From IMG/VR virus record IMGVR_UViG_3300030202_002822: 64,000 nt of DNA; one strand, given 5' to 3'. The notes under the pieces are model-generated. The model was not told where the DNA came from. It made no database searches and saw nothing but the letters and a program-made list of their open reading frames with translations. Position 1 is the first letter of the stretch; each line of letters begins with the position of its first letter. The position numbers and the translations under genes are program-made. The DNA is from a virus. This document shows positions 32,447 through 42,620 of the stretch, one piece after another.

Positions 32447-33016
32447 ATGGAATTACCAAAAGAAATAAAAGATGAGATATGGGAATACTGTAGGGTTAAT
32501 GAGATTACAAATATTAATGAATTTACCTTAAAAATGGTTAAGAATGGGTTTACATCTGAAAAGTTTGGCTCAACACCATGGGATAAACCAGCCGAAATTA
32601 AAGAGGTTGAGAAGATTGTAGAAGTAGAGAAGGAGGTCATTAAAGAAGTTCCTATTGAAGTTATTAAAGAGATTGAAAAGATTATTGAGAAAGAAGTATT
32701 CGTAACCGATGATGAGGCTAATAAAGAATTACAGAAGGAATTAGCTGAAGTTAGAGAAACACTTAAATTAAATATATCTAGTTTCGATGAAGACCGCAAG
32801 TCTTTCGGACTTATTGACAAGGAAAGAGTTGAAGAAATCTCTAAATTAGAAAAAGAGTTAAAAGAAAAGGATAAAACTATAGAAAATTTATCTAAAGAAT
32901 TGGAAATAGAAAAAAATAAACCTAAGGTAGAAAATGAAGACGATATATACGGAGGTAAAAGGGGGTATTTAGGTTCAAACACAAGTGATTTATGGAACAA
33001 CAAGAAACAGGATTAG
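32447..33016 (+). CDS. Coiled-coil protein with VEKEVIKEVPIEVIKE repeats
   Basis: E/K/V/I-rich repeats followed by a coiled coil; sits between sbcD and sbcC. Confidence 0.7.
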   Translation: MELPKEIKDEIWEYCRVNEITNINEFTLKMVKNGFTSEKFGSTPWDKPAEIKEVEKIVEVEKEVIKEVPIEVIKEIEKIIEKEVFVTDDEANKELQKELAEVRETLKLNISSFDEDRKSFGLIDKERVEEISKLEKELKEKDKTIENLSKELEIEKNKPKVENEDDIYGGKRGYLGSNTSDLWNNKKQD

Positions 33017-35370
33017 AAAAAATACAAGTACCAAGATACGCAAAAATAAAAGTGTATTGGTCAGATTATCCAGAAAACTATTCTAGAGAATCTAGAACAA
33101 GGGTAAAAAAATATTTCGCAAATAAGTATGGTATTGATAGCCAATCTATCAATGTAGTATATAAACCAATTAAACGAAATACCTCTGGGGATATCGTTGA
33201 GATTGACGGCGCTAACATAGAGAACATAATGAGCACCCATTACCAAAGAGAGTTATTCAAAGAATGGCTCACTAGAGAAGGTAAGGAAGATGTTGACTTC
33301 AACAGAATACTATTATTAGATGATAAAGTTAACAGCGAATTAGATGTTAATACAGACCAAGAAATACATAAAAAATATAAAATTAAATGGATAACGGTAA
33401 ACAATTTTCTTTCTTACGGAGAAAACAATTATTTCCCAGTAGATAGATTTAAAGGCTTTACTGTTGTTAATTCTAACCCATCTAACCAAGGTGGTAAAAC
33501 ATCAATAACTATAGACGCCATAAAGTTTTTATTTTTCGGTAAAACAACTAAGACTGACACCAATGCTGAAGTTTTTAATCAATTTAGTAAAGGCAATGAA
33601 TTAATCGTTAGAGGCCTAATAGAAATAGAAGATAGTGAAGAAATAATTATTGAAAGGAAACTAGATAGAAAACCTAAACGAAAGGGAGGTTGGAATATTT
33701 CAAATAAAATAAAATACTATAAAATATTACCTGATGGTGATGAAGAGGAATTAAACGATGAAGATGTAATAAAAACTACTAAACTAATTAAAGATACCGT
33801 TGGTAGCGAATCTGATTTTGATTTGGTAGTATTAGCAACATCTCGAAATTTAGATAACTTAGTAGACTCAACCGCAGGCGAAAGTGGAAGGTTATTAACT
33901 AGGTTTATTGGGCTTGAACCTATAGCACTAAAAGAAAAAGCATCTAGAGAGATGTACAACACATTTAGTAAATCAATGAAGGGCAACATATATGATACTG
34001 AAACACTTAAGGAAGAAATAACAAAACACAATGAGGAATTAGTATCATTAAACAAATTAAAAGAAGTTACTGAGTCGTCTTTAGTTATTGAAGTTGAAAC
34101 ATATAAAAAATTATCACAAAATAAATTAGATAAAGTTATATCTAAGGATAAAATTGATGATAAAATACTAAGTATGAACCCATCTAAACTAAACGATGAA
34201 ATAAAAACAATAACTGAAAAAGGTATAAAACATAAAAACGATATAGATAAAATAAAAATAGAATTAAAAAAAATAGGTGAAATTGACTTTGATGAAGATA
34301 AAGACTTTAATTTAACAAAAGATAAAGAAAAATTAACTAAAGTTATTAATTTAGGTGAAGCTGAAGTTATCAGACTAAAATCAATTATTAAAAATTTAAT
34401 TAGTAGTGGTATTTGTCAGGCGTGTAATAGAAAATTAGATGATGTTGATAATACAGAACATATCAAACAACATAATATTGAAATTGACGAACAGAATAAA
34501 ATTATAGAATCAAGTAAGGTAAAACTTGAAACTGTTAATAGTGAATTACTAAAATTGAGTAACACTAAGAAACTTATTGAAACTAAAAACAGCTTAGAAC
34601 TAAAAAGAGATAGGTTAAGTGTTGATATTGATTCATTAAGAAATGAGATAAAAGATAAAAAATTAGACTTAAAGAAATACAAGGATAACTTAGAATCTAT
34701 AGAAAAGAATAAGAATATAGATATAGATATTAGCCTTATAAACACTAAGATAAATGTTAGTGAAACAGCTAAGAATAATCTAAACGCTGAATTACAAACT
34801 ATATCTATTAATATAGGTGCAAACACTAATGAAGTACTTAAGAAAGAGAATTTAATTAAAGTTTTAAAACAAGAAAAAGATATTGAGAGGATATACAAAC
34901 TATACATTGATATGGTAGGTAAAAAGGGTATCAGTAAGTTGGTCCTTAGGTCAGTACTTCCAATCATAAACGGAGAACTACAGAGACTACTAGAAGATAT
35001 AACAGATTTTGACGTTGAAGTTTTTATTGATGATAAAAATGAAGTTAGATATTTATTAGTAAAGGATGGTGTTGAAAAAGCGCTTAAATCTGGTAGTGGT
35101 TTTGAGTTAACTACGGCAAGTATAGCGTTAAGATGTGTATTAGGAAAGATGTCTTCATTACCAACACCAAACTTTATAACTTTTGATGAAGTAATGGGTA
35201 GAGTAGCACCAGTAAACATACCAAACATGAAGCCTTTATTTGAAAGAATATCCGACATGTTTGATATAGTATTTTTTATCACACAGAACGAAATAGTTAA
35301 AGACTGGGCTGATAATATTATTAGTATTGAAAAGGTTAATAATATTTCAAAGTTGAGTATTAAAGAATAG
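32992..35370 (+). CDS. sbcC: SbcC/Rad50/gp46-like ATPase
   Basis: NFLSY, QGGKT Walker A, long coiled coil with CQAC hook, KSGSGFE signature, ITFDE Walker B. Confidence 0.92.
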   Translation: MEQQETGLEKIQVPRYAKIKVYWSDYPENYSRESRTRVKKYFANKYGIDSQSINVVYKPIKRNTSGDIVEIDGANIENIMSTHYQRELFKEWLTREGKEDVDFNRILLLDDKVNSELDVNTDQEIHKKYKIKWITVNNFLSYGENNYFPVDRFKGFTVVNSNPSNQGGKTSITIDAIKFLFFGKTTKTDTNAEVFNQFSKGNELIVRGLIEIEDSEEIIIERKLDRKPKRKGGWNISNKIKYYKILPDGDEEELNDEDVIKTTKLIKDTVGSESDFDLVVLATSRNLDNLVDSTAGESGRLLTRFIGLEPIALKEKASREMYNTFSKSMKGNIYDTETLKEEITKHNEELVSLNKLKEVTESSLVIEVETYKKLSQNKLDKVISKDKIDDKILSMNPSKLNDEIKTITEKGIKHKNDIDKIKIELKKIGEIDFDEDKDFNLTKDKEKLTKVINLGEAEVIRLKSIIKNLISSGICQACNRKLDDVDNTEHIKQHNIEIDEQNKIIESSKVKLETVNSELLKLSNTKKLIETKNSLELKRDRLSVDIDSLRNEIKDKKLDLKKYKDNLESIEKNKNIDIDISLINTKINVSETAKNNLNAELQTISINIGANTNEVLKKENLIKVLKQEKDIERIYKLYIDMVGKKGISKLVLRSVLPIINGELQRLLEDITDFDVEVFIDDKNEVRYLLVKDGVEKALKSGSGFELTTASIALRCVLGKMSSLPTPNFITFDEVMGRVAPVNIPNMKPLFERISDMFDIVFFITQNEIVKDWADNIISIEKVNNISKLSIKE

Positions 35371-35439
35371 TAACAGATATAGTGGTTTTATTAACAAAAA
35401 AATTGTATATTTGTATAATAATAATAATATTAATTAATT

Positions 35440-35997
35440 ATGATTTTTATGAATCTTAAAAATTATTGTATAGTAGTAATCGGGGATACTGAAGGTATCT
35501 TACCAGAAATATTAAAAATTTCAGACAGTAAACCAAAAAAAATAAACTCTGTAGGTATTTTTATATGTACATTTATTAGTGTTGCTGACGCTAAAGAACT
35601 AGAGGATTATTTCAAATCTTTAGGTAGAAACTTTTTCTTATTTGAAGTAGGTGCTAATAACTCAGGTTATAGTATAAACAATAAGGACAAACATGATGGG
35701 TTGTTTAAAGATATGGAAAAAAACTTTAACGACCTAAAAAGTAAATCTGACAGAATAATGGACGAAATTGCTGAATCCTTACAAAATAGTGGAAGTACTG
35801 AAGAAGATACACCAGTTATAAACTTTAAAATGGAAACTAAAACCGTTAAAAGTGATACAAGACCAAACAAAAGTTATTATAACAATCTAAGTATTAGCGA
35901 AAAGGAAACTATGATTAATGAAATACTAGACAAGGGTATTGATAACATTAGTGACTTCGATAAAAAAGTTTTGGATATAATAAGTGAAAAGAAATAA
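35440..35997 (+). CDS. Hypothetical protein
   Basis: 185 aa ORF after TATATTTG at 35406-35413. Confidence 0.7.
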   Translation: MIFMNLKNYCIVVIGDTEGILPEILKISDSKPKKINSVGIFICTFISVADAKELEDYFKSLGRNFFLFEVGANNSGYSINNKDKHDGLFKDMEKNFNDLKSKSDRIMDEIAESLQNSGSTEEDTPVINFKMETKTVKSDTRPNKSYYNNLSISEKETMINEILDKGIDNISDFDKKVLDIISEKK

Positions 35998-36059
35998 TTT
36001 TTTTTTACTACCCACATACCTATCAGGTATAATAACAAGTTATAGTATGGAAAAAAAGT

Positions 36060-36899
36060 ATGAACAATAAAAAATTCGCAAACACCTCAGATGATACGAC
36101 AATATCTAATTATTTTAAAGACGTAAGAAAGAGTGAATTAATAACACCTGAAGATGAAGTTGATTTATCGATAAAAATTCAAAACGGTGATGATTCAGCA
36201 ATAAGTAAGCTAGTAGGTGCGAACTTAAAGTTCGTAATATCAATAGCTAAAGAATACCAAGGTCAAGGTCTTTCATTAAGTGACCTTATAAGTGAAGGAA
36301 ATTTAGGGCTAGTTAAAGCCGCGACTCGTTTTGACCATACTAGAGGTTTTAGATTTATATCATACGCTGTCTGGTGGATTAAGGAATCTATAATCAAAAG
36401 CCTTAATGACAACGCTAGAACAATCAGACTACCCACTAACGTAATTAAAAAAGTTTCAGACTTAAAAAAAGAAATTGAAAAATTTGAATTGGACAATGAA
36501 AGACTTCCAGTATATGGAGACTTATTAGACGACAACGGTGAACTTGTTGAAGAATTTACAACACCTCAATGCACATCTTTAAATGATATAATAAATGAAG
36601 ATGGCGACGAACTATATTGCATAATAGCTGACGTAAATTCAAATATAGAAGAAGAGATATTTTCAACCGATGATAGAATAAAAAAAGAAATCAATAATAT
36701 ACTTTCAAAGTTAGACGAAAGAGAAAGAGAAATACTTGAATGTTATTTTGGTATTAATAAAGAATATAACGGTATGACGCTTGAAGCTATTGGTGATAAA
36801 TACGGTTTAACTAAAGAAAGAATTAGACAAATAAAAGAAAAAGCCATTAGAAGAATTAGATTTAATGCTAGTGACTTATTTGACATCATTAACGAATAA
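36060..36899 (+). CDS. Sigma70-family factor (RpoD/SigA-like, lacking region 1.1)
   Basis: Regions 1.2, 2 (ANLKFVISIAK...DLISEGNLGL...FISYAVWWI), 3 and 4 (TLEAIG...TKERIRQI). Confidence 0.93.
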   Translation: MNNKKFANTSDDTTISNYFKDVRKSELITPEDEVDLSIKIQNGDDSAISKLVGANLKFVISIAKEYQGQGLSLSDLISEGNLGLVKAATRFDHTRGFRFISYAVWWIKESIIKSLNDNARTIRLPTNVIKKVSDLKKEIEKFELDNERLPVYGDLLDDNGELVEEFTTPQCTSLNDIINEDGDELYCIIADVNSNIEEEIFSTDDRIKKEINNILSKLDEREREILECYFGINKEYNGMTLEAIGDKYGLTKERIRQIKEKAIRRIRFNASDLFDIINE

Positions 36900-36920
36900 C
36901 TATATATTTATATAATACAT

Positions 36921-38069
36921 ATGAAAAAAATATTATTATATTTGATATTAGTTATGGCTATTTTAATGGCAGGTATCGTAGCTTACGTATCAGTAGGTGG
37001 ATTATTAAAGGTTTTTAGTGGCGCTGGTACACTTGGGTTATTGTTCTTCTCAGCTATTGAAATAGCTAAGATAGTTGCAACATCAGCAATACACACTTAC
37101 GGTAAAAAAATAGGACTTATATATAAATTACTATTATCTATAGGTATAACAATAACTATGATTATAACGTCCGTAGGTATTTACGGATTCTTATCCTCAA
37201 CATACAAAGAAACTTTTATAAAGTTAGAAGGTATTGAAGGTCGTGTCACACTTTTAGAAAAAAAACGTGACGGAATACAATCACAACTAGATGTGGTTGA
37301 TAAAGAAAAAAACTCAATAAATACAAGGATTTCAGAACTAAGTAGTGGGTTATCTAATAACGTTATACAATATAAAGACAGAGAAACAGGTCAAATTATA
37401 ACTACAACTTCATCATCAACTAGAAGAGTACTAGAAAGGCAGCTAAATAAAGCCATAGAACGCCAAGATGAATTAAATATAAAATCAGACGACTTAAATA
37501 CCAATATTTTTGATTTAGATAATGAGATACTTGAAGTTAAAGTTGGTAATGATACAGCTGCCGAGCTTGGACCCTTAAAGTATCTATCCGAAGTTACTGG
37601 TAAATCTATGGATGAGGTTATGAAATACTTTATATTTCTATTAATCTTAATAGGTGACCCTATGGCCGTATTAATGGTAATTGTATTTAATAAGGTGGTT
37701 AAAAAACCATCCGAATATAAAAAACCTATCAGCAAACCTGAACCTAAAGGTAATATATATGATACTGACGGAACTATTACTACAGAACGAATAGTTACAC
37801 AACCAAAGGTAGAAATTACTGAAGAAGTTATACCAGTTACACCAACAGAACCACCTAATAGTGAAGGGTTAAAATCTTATATGGATATAATTGAGGAACC
37901 CAAAGAAGAAATCAAGGTTGAAGAACCACCAAAACAAAATAAAGGTAACAGAGGGTTTTCAGTTTCAGTTCCAGACAGAAAAGTAACCAACACTGTAAAC
38001 AGAATAGGTAGTAATAAAGAAGTTAGAGATGGTAATAACAATACTATTTACTTTAAAAAAAGAAGTTAA
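36921..38069 (+). CDS. Multi-pass membrane coiled-coil protein
   Basis: Three N-terminal TMs, long coiled coil, a further TM, P/E/K-rich tail; TATTTATA at 36905. Confidence 0.75.
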   Translation: MKKILLYLILVMAILMAGIVAYVSVGGLLKVFSGAGTLGLLFFSAIEIAKIVATSAIHTYGKKIGLIYKLLLSIGITITMIITSVGIYGFLSSTYKETFIKLEGIEGRVTLLEKKRDGIQSQLDVVDKEKNSINTRISELSSGLSNNVIQYKDRETGQIITTTSSSTRRVLERQLNKAIERQDELNIKSDDLNTNIFDLDNEILEVKVGNDTAAELGPLKYLSEVTGKSMDEVMKYFIFLLILIGDPMAVLMVIVFNKVVKKPSEYKKPISKPEPKGNIYDTDGTITTERIVTQPKVEITEEVIPVTPTEPPNSEGLKSYMDIIEEPKEEIKVEEPPKQNKGNRGFSVSVPDRKVTNTVNRIGSNKEVRDGNNNTIYFKKRS

Positions 38070-38695
38070 TGATTATAAACACTAAGAGATATAAACTAAC
38101 TAAAAAAAACTATATACCTCAAGGTACTAAAAAAAACAAAATAGTTATAGGTGTGACATATTCAAATAATATGTCACATTACACTGGGTGGTCAAACAGG
38201 AATAACGGTGCGTATACCAGGACAGCTATGTTTACAGTATCAATGGACGGTAAGGTGTATGAACATTTTTCTCCTAATTATTTTTCAGATTTTATGTTAA
38301 AACCAGACCTTAACGAAAGTAGTATAACTATACTGTTAGAAAATGAGGGTTGGCTTATTAAAGATTTAACTAATGAAAATAAGTACATTAACTATGTTGG
38401 ACATATTTATAATAGAAAGGATTCTGTTATAAATAAAAGATGGAGAAACCAAACATATTGGGCACCGTTCACAGATAAGCAAGTAGATTCAACAATTAAA
38501 TTAGTTGCTGAATTATGTAAAAACTTTAACATTCCTATGAATGTAGTTTCACACAATACCAACTTAGATGATGCTCAAAACTTTAATGGTGTATTATACA
38601 GGAGTAACTTTGAAAAATACTATACTGACATTACCCCAGCATGGGATTTTAAGTATTTTAAAAATAAATTAGAAAAAAATAAACAACATGGATAA
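38069..38695 (+). CDS. Amidase_2-fold protein, probably degenerate
   Basis: FTVSMDGKVYE, SITILLENEG, PFTDKQV, VVSH motifs, but the first Zn-binding His is missing. Confidence 0.65.
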   Translation: MIINTKRYKLTKKNYIPQGTKKNKIVIGVTYSNNMSHYTGWSNRNNGAYTRTAMFTVSMDGKVYEHFSPNYFSDFMLKPDLNESSITILLENEGWLIKDLTNENKYINYVGHIYNRKDSVINKRWRNQTYWAPFTDKQVDSTIKLVAELCKNFNIPMNVVSHNTNLDDAQNFNGVLYRSNFEKYYTDITPAWDFKYFKNKLEKNKQHG

Positions 38696-39230
38696 CGAAA
38701 AAGAACACGACTTTACTAAATTAATGTTAGAAGCAATTAGAGCCAAGTCATCTAATCACATAAGGGGTATTAATGAAAACGAATCTGGAGACATGGGAGC
38801 TGGATTTGAAAGCCCTACATCACAAACACCTATAAGTGGTGACCAAGCAAAACCAAACATTGATGTTGAAGAAATAGAGGTTGATTCTGATGTTGAAAAA
38901 CAAAAAGAAGACCAAGAAATTGAAGACAATGGGTTAAACACACCAGAAGCAAAAGAAGAAATAGATAACATGGGTAAACAAGTTAGCCAACTAGTAACTA
39001 TAACAACATTTAGAATCCATGAAGATAACGGAAATGTTATTATGAGTGGGAACTTCCAAAATACAGACCTAGAATGGTCGTTTTCTAAAAACGATGGATT
39101 ATTTATTGATGCATCAAACGTAAACTTAACGGAAGAGCTTAAATCTATCCTGGATAAGTTAAGTAATTACTACATCAACTGGAGAGACGGTTGGGCTAGT
39201 AAGATTGGTGAATACACAAAAAATGATTAA
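38688..39230 (+). CDS. Acidic hypothetical protein
   Basis: 180 aa ORF overlapping both neighbours. Confidence 0.7.
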   Translation: MDNEKEHDFTKLMLEAIRAKSSNHIRGINENESGDMGAGFESPTSQTPISGDQAKPNIDVEEIEVDSDVEKQKEDQEIEDNGLNTPEAKEEIDNMGKQVSQLVTITTFRIHEDNGNVIMSGNFQNTDLEWSFSKNDGLFIDASNVNLTEELKSILDKLSNYYINWRDGWASKIGEYTKND

Positions 39231-39582
39231 TATGGATATTAAGAGTATTTTTATATTAGTTTTAGGCACAGCCTTAGTAATTAGCTTTATTTTTAGACCA
39301 TCAAAAGATATTAGTACATATGAAGATGAGATAAATAAACTTAAAGATATTAACAAGGGGTTGACGTTAAATAATGATAGTTTATTAAATAATAACGGAT
39401 TACTTAATATTGAAATAAACAAATTAATTAATAATTTTGATAGTACTCAGGTAGCATTAGCCAATACTGAGGAAAAATTAAAAGATTTAGAAAATGATAA
39501 AGGTAAAGTTTCTGGTTACGTTAACACTCTTAATGCTGATGGCGTTGCCAATGAACTCGCAAACTATCTCAATAGGAGATAA
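39205..39582 (+). CDS. Membrane-anchored coiled-coil protein (i-spanin-like)
   Basis: N-terminal TM followed by a heptad coiled coil. Confidence 0.5.
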   Translation: MVNTQKMINMDIKSIFILVLGTALVISFIFRPSKDISTYEDEINKLKDINKGLTLNNDSLLNNNGLLNIEINKLINNFDSTQVALANTEEKLKDLENDKGKVSGYVNTLNADGVANELANYLNRR

Positions 39583-39967
39583 GAGGGTTAAGACATTTAT
39601 TACACAAAAGGGCGACACACTAGTTATAATGAGTCACCACGACGCTAGAGTACTTTTAGAAGATGTATTACACTACGAGTACTCAGACAGCTTATTAGAG
39701 GTATACAAGGGTCGGGACAGCTTAAATTTAAACGCAATAATAATGCAAAAAGAAGTGATAATGAAACTTTCTACTAGCAATGACAATTTTAACTTAATTA
39801 TTAAAAATTTAAATAAAATAATTGCTAACAAGGATGATGAAATTGTATTAAAGGATGAAACCATATTAATCCAAAAAAAAGAAATTAGAAAGCAAAAATT
39901 TTACAAGTCGGTTGCTGTTGTAGGTGCAATTGTATTACCAATACTACTATTATTTTTAACTAATTAA
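39494..39967 (+). CDS. Secreted/membrane coiled-coil protein overlapping the i-spanin-like gene
   Basis: Signal-like N-terminus, coiled coil and C-terminal TM; starts inside the upstream gene. Confidence 0.5.
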   Translation: MIKVKFLVTLTLLMLMALPMNSQTISIGDKRVKTFITQKGDTLVIMSHHDARVLLEDVLHYEYSDSLLEVYKGRDSLNLNAIIMQKEVIMKLSTSNDNFNLIIKNLNKIIANKDDEIVLKDETILIQKKEIRKQKFYKSVAVVGAIVLPILLLFLTN

Positions 39968-39968
39968 A

Positions 39969-40247
39969 ATGGGTAGTAATCATATGCACAACTTTCTTAG
40001 AAAATCAAAAGAAAATAAATCAATACCAACACACGACCCCTATACTGGAGAGCTAAATCCATTATATGAAGAGTTAACAGGTAATAAAAACCCATTATCA
40101 CCAGACACTAAAGATAATACTATTAACTATGACACAATACCCATTGATGAATTAGTTAAGTCACTGGAAGGTAAGGACACATTTAATTCTACTAGTGATG
40201 TCTACATAATCAAGAAACTAATCACATTCTATAAAGAAAATAAATAA
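39969..40247 (+). CDS. Hypothetical protein
   Basis: 92 aa ORF. Confidence 0.65.
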   Translation: MGSNHMHNFLRKSKENKSIPTHDPYTGELNPLYEELTGNKNPLSPDTKDNTINYDTIPIDELVKSLEGKDTFNSTSDVYIIKKLITFYKENK

Positions 40248-40269
40248 ACCTCAGTAATGGGGTTTTTTT
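40246..40269 (+). terminator. Intrinsic terminator
   Basis: AAACCTC/GGGGTTT hairpin plus T-run. Confidence 0.7.
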
Positions 40270-40304
40270 GGTATTCTTTTATATTTATAATAAAGACTAT
40301 TTTT

Positions 40305-40559
40305 ATGAAAGAGATAATTAAAAAAAGACTTAACGAAGAATTCACTAAGAGCGACGCTAAAAGTGAAATTAGTAAATATATGAACTCTAGCGAGTTTAAG
40401 TCTAAGGTTGAAAAAATCATTAAAGATAGAATAAAAAATGAAAAAGCATTAGAAGACAAGGTTGTTGACATAACCAAGAACGTTTTAACACAATTATATA
40501 AGGCTCTTTGGGTAAAGAGGTCAGTATGGAAAACCATGCTATCAAATAAGGGTAACTAA
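40305..40559 (+). CDS. Small protein with MKEIIKKRLNEE leader (start revised to 40305)
   Basis: TATTTATA at 40282-40289; the longer ORF start lies inside the terminator. Confidence 0.7.
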   Translation: MKEIIKKRLNEEFTKSDAKSEISKYMNSSEFKSKVEKIIKDRIKNEKALEDKVVDITKNVLTQLYKALWVKRSVWKTMLSNKGN

Positions 40560-40560
40560 T

Positions 40561-42249
40561 ATGAAAAGAATAAAGATAAGCGAACAACAAGCCAATATGT
40601 TACAAGAATTAGGTAAAACTAAGATTCTTAAGGTAACTAAAGAACAATATAATAAAATTATAGAATCAGAAAGACTTGTTGAAGGTGTTGGACCATCAGA
40701 TGTAGACCTTTCATTTTATAAATCATTTAACGGCGCAGCTAAAAATGAATTTAATAACACAAAGATAAAACTAGAGGAGCTATACGAAAAATTCATTAAT
40801 GAATTATATGGTGTTAATGAAAGTTCTGAACTTGTATATGAAAAACTACATAAATTAATGGAAGTCGCTGGTTTAATTAACAACGGAAGGCTAGTTAAAG
40901 AAAAATTTAAAGGTGATAAAAACATAGTAAAAGAAATCATATCTATGGGTCTTCATGAAATGTATGAAGGTGGTAACGAATATTCCGCTATGAGCACCAT
41001 GGAGGAAGCTCTTGATGCTGGCCTATCAAATAGTCATGAAAACAGAGAAGATACATTCAAAATTATTTTTGATAAAAATGTCGATATCAACAAAGTAACA
41101 AACAATACAATTAAATTAAGATACAAACAAGGTAAATACAAAGAAGCTTGGAGACACTACAAAACCCTAGGGCAAGAAGCTCTTAGAGAAGAAGAAGTAG
41201 AAAATCCAAAAGGTATTGTAGGGCTTGACATACTTAAATACCCACCAGTATCTCAATTAAGAAAAAAAGCACTAGACGAACCAACAAGTGTTAAGAAAGT
41301 TAGATTCCCTGGTCTTGGTAGATTGGATGCGACTAGAGATATTATAAGTCATGAGAATATAGAAGACACTTGGCACGAATATTTAAGAGTTGACAATAAA
41401 TGGGTTCCTGGATATGTGACCGTATTTAAAAACATGTATGGAGAACTACCAATATTTAAAATAACACCTGAAAATAAATTTTTAGATGTAGATATATTAA
41501 ACCCAAAGTATGTTAAAGCCAGAGATGAATTCATACAAGGAATGGCTAACGCAGCAAAGGAAGACCCAGACATGTTTAAACACGAACAAGATGTTGATGA
41601 AACTGACTCTGACTCTTCAGGTCAATATGGTGGTACCAATTTCCTAGAACCTATGAATCAGGAAGGGTCAAATGTTGTGGATGAATTAATCAGTGACGAT
41701 GTTGAAATAGAGACACTTACCTCATTTAGAGAATCGGTTGCTGGTATATTAGAAATTATAAATAGTGCTTCAGTAGACCCAAACACAATAGTTAAAAATA
41801 AAGAAGAATTAAGAAAATTAGCAGCCTCTGTAGTTAATCACGACAATAAGGAAGATAATGTAATTAATAAAACTTTACCATCACTTAAACGCAAGTTTCC
41901 AAAGATGATTGATACTCTAATTCAATACGCTGATAACGCACATGATGTTGAAGTATTTAAAAAATACCCTGAATTCATTAAGGGTGTTTATAACATATTA
42001 GTATATATTAATAAGCATTTGAAACATAATAAATCTATTGAAATTAATGAAGAAGGGGTTCAAAATTCTGGGCAATATGATACACCAGGTTTTTCTAATC
42101 CAGACATGACTGGCGACACACCAAAAGGTACAGGCCCAACATGGAAAAAACCTACAATAGCTGGAGGTAAAGAAGTTAAAGTAAAAGAAAAGTGTTCAAA
42201 GTCCCCGTATTGTAATCAAGGACCTGACGCAATTGAAATAAGTAAATAA
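40561..42249 (+). CDS. Acidic putative head/internal protein
   Basis: 562 aa; MKRIKISEQQ leader; multiple (L/I/V)xE motifs. Confidence 0.55.
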   Translation: MKRIKISEQQANMLQELGKTKILKVTKEQYNKIIESERLVEGVGPSDVDLSFYKSFNGAAKNEFNNTKIKLEELYEKFINELYGVNESSELVYEKLHKLMEVAGLINNGRLVKEKFKGDKNIVKEIISMGLHEMYEGGNEYSAMSTMEEALDAGLSNSHENREDTFKIIFDKNVDINKVTNNTIKLRYKQGKYKEAWRHYKTLGQEALREEEVENPKGIVGLDILKYPPVSQLRKKALDEPTSVKKVRFPGLGRLDATRDIISHENIEDTWHEYLRVDNKWVPGYVTVFKNMYGELPIFKITPENKFLDVDILNPKYVKARDEFIQGMANAAKEDPDMFKHEQDVDETDSDSSGQYGGTNFLEPMNQEGSNVVDELISDDVEIETLTSFRESVAGILEIINSASVDPNTIVKNKEELRKLAASVVNHDNKEDNVINKTLPSLKRKFPKMIDTLIQYADNAHDVEVFKKYPEFIKGVYNILVYINKHLKHNKSIEINEEGVQNSGQYDTPGFSNPDMTGDTPKGTGPTWKKPTIAGGKEVKVKEKCSKSPYCNQGPDAIEISK

Positions 42250-42269
42250 CAATAATTAAATTAAACATT

Positions 42270-42620
42270 TTGAGTAAAACAGTTAAATCAATAAGTAAAT
42301 TAGTTGCAGCTATGGGTGTAGTTGTGATAGGAGCATTTTTAATTTTAAACAATTATAATAATAGTAAAGTAGATTCACTAGACGAATCAATAACTAAACC
42401 AGATACGACATTAATTGACAGTCTTATTATTTGTGATACCATACCGTTAATACAAGAAGATACTATAAAACCTAAAGCTACTATAGTTAAAGAAATACCA
42501 GTAAAAGATACCACAATAATTAAATCAGTTAAAAACAAAACATTTAAGATAATATTATCAGTAAAGGATACTGTACTTTCAGATACATCATCCCTTATGA
42601 AGTCTTTTTATGAGAGATAA
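42270..42620 (+). CDS. Membrane-anchored protein rich in D-(S/T)-hydrophobic sequons
   Basis: TTG start, N-terminal TM, 7 canonical DS/T-L/T/I/V triplets. Confidence 0.6.
   Translation: MSKTVKSISKLVAAMGVVVIGAFLILNNYNNSKVDSLDESITKPDTTLIDSLIICDTIPLIQEDTIKPKATIVKEIPVKDTTIIKSVKNKTFKIILSVKDTVLSDTSSLMKSFYER

Noticed and set aside
34416-35282. 288-aa minus-strand ORF and the many other antisense or alternate-frame ORFs in the track
   Set aside because: They are shadows of well-supported genes, with F/S/L/I-rich composition and no promoter or motif support.
40257-40304. Longer starts given in the track for ORFs 40257, 30662, 50042 and 61013
   Set aside because: These upstream ATGs fall in terminators, promoters or neighbouring genes; downstream ATGs fit the promoter positions and A-rich initiation context better.
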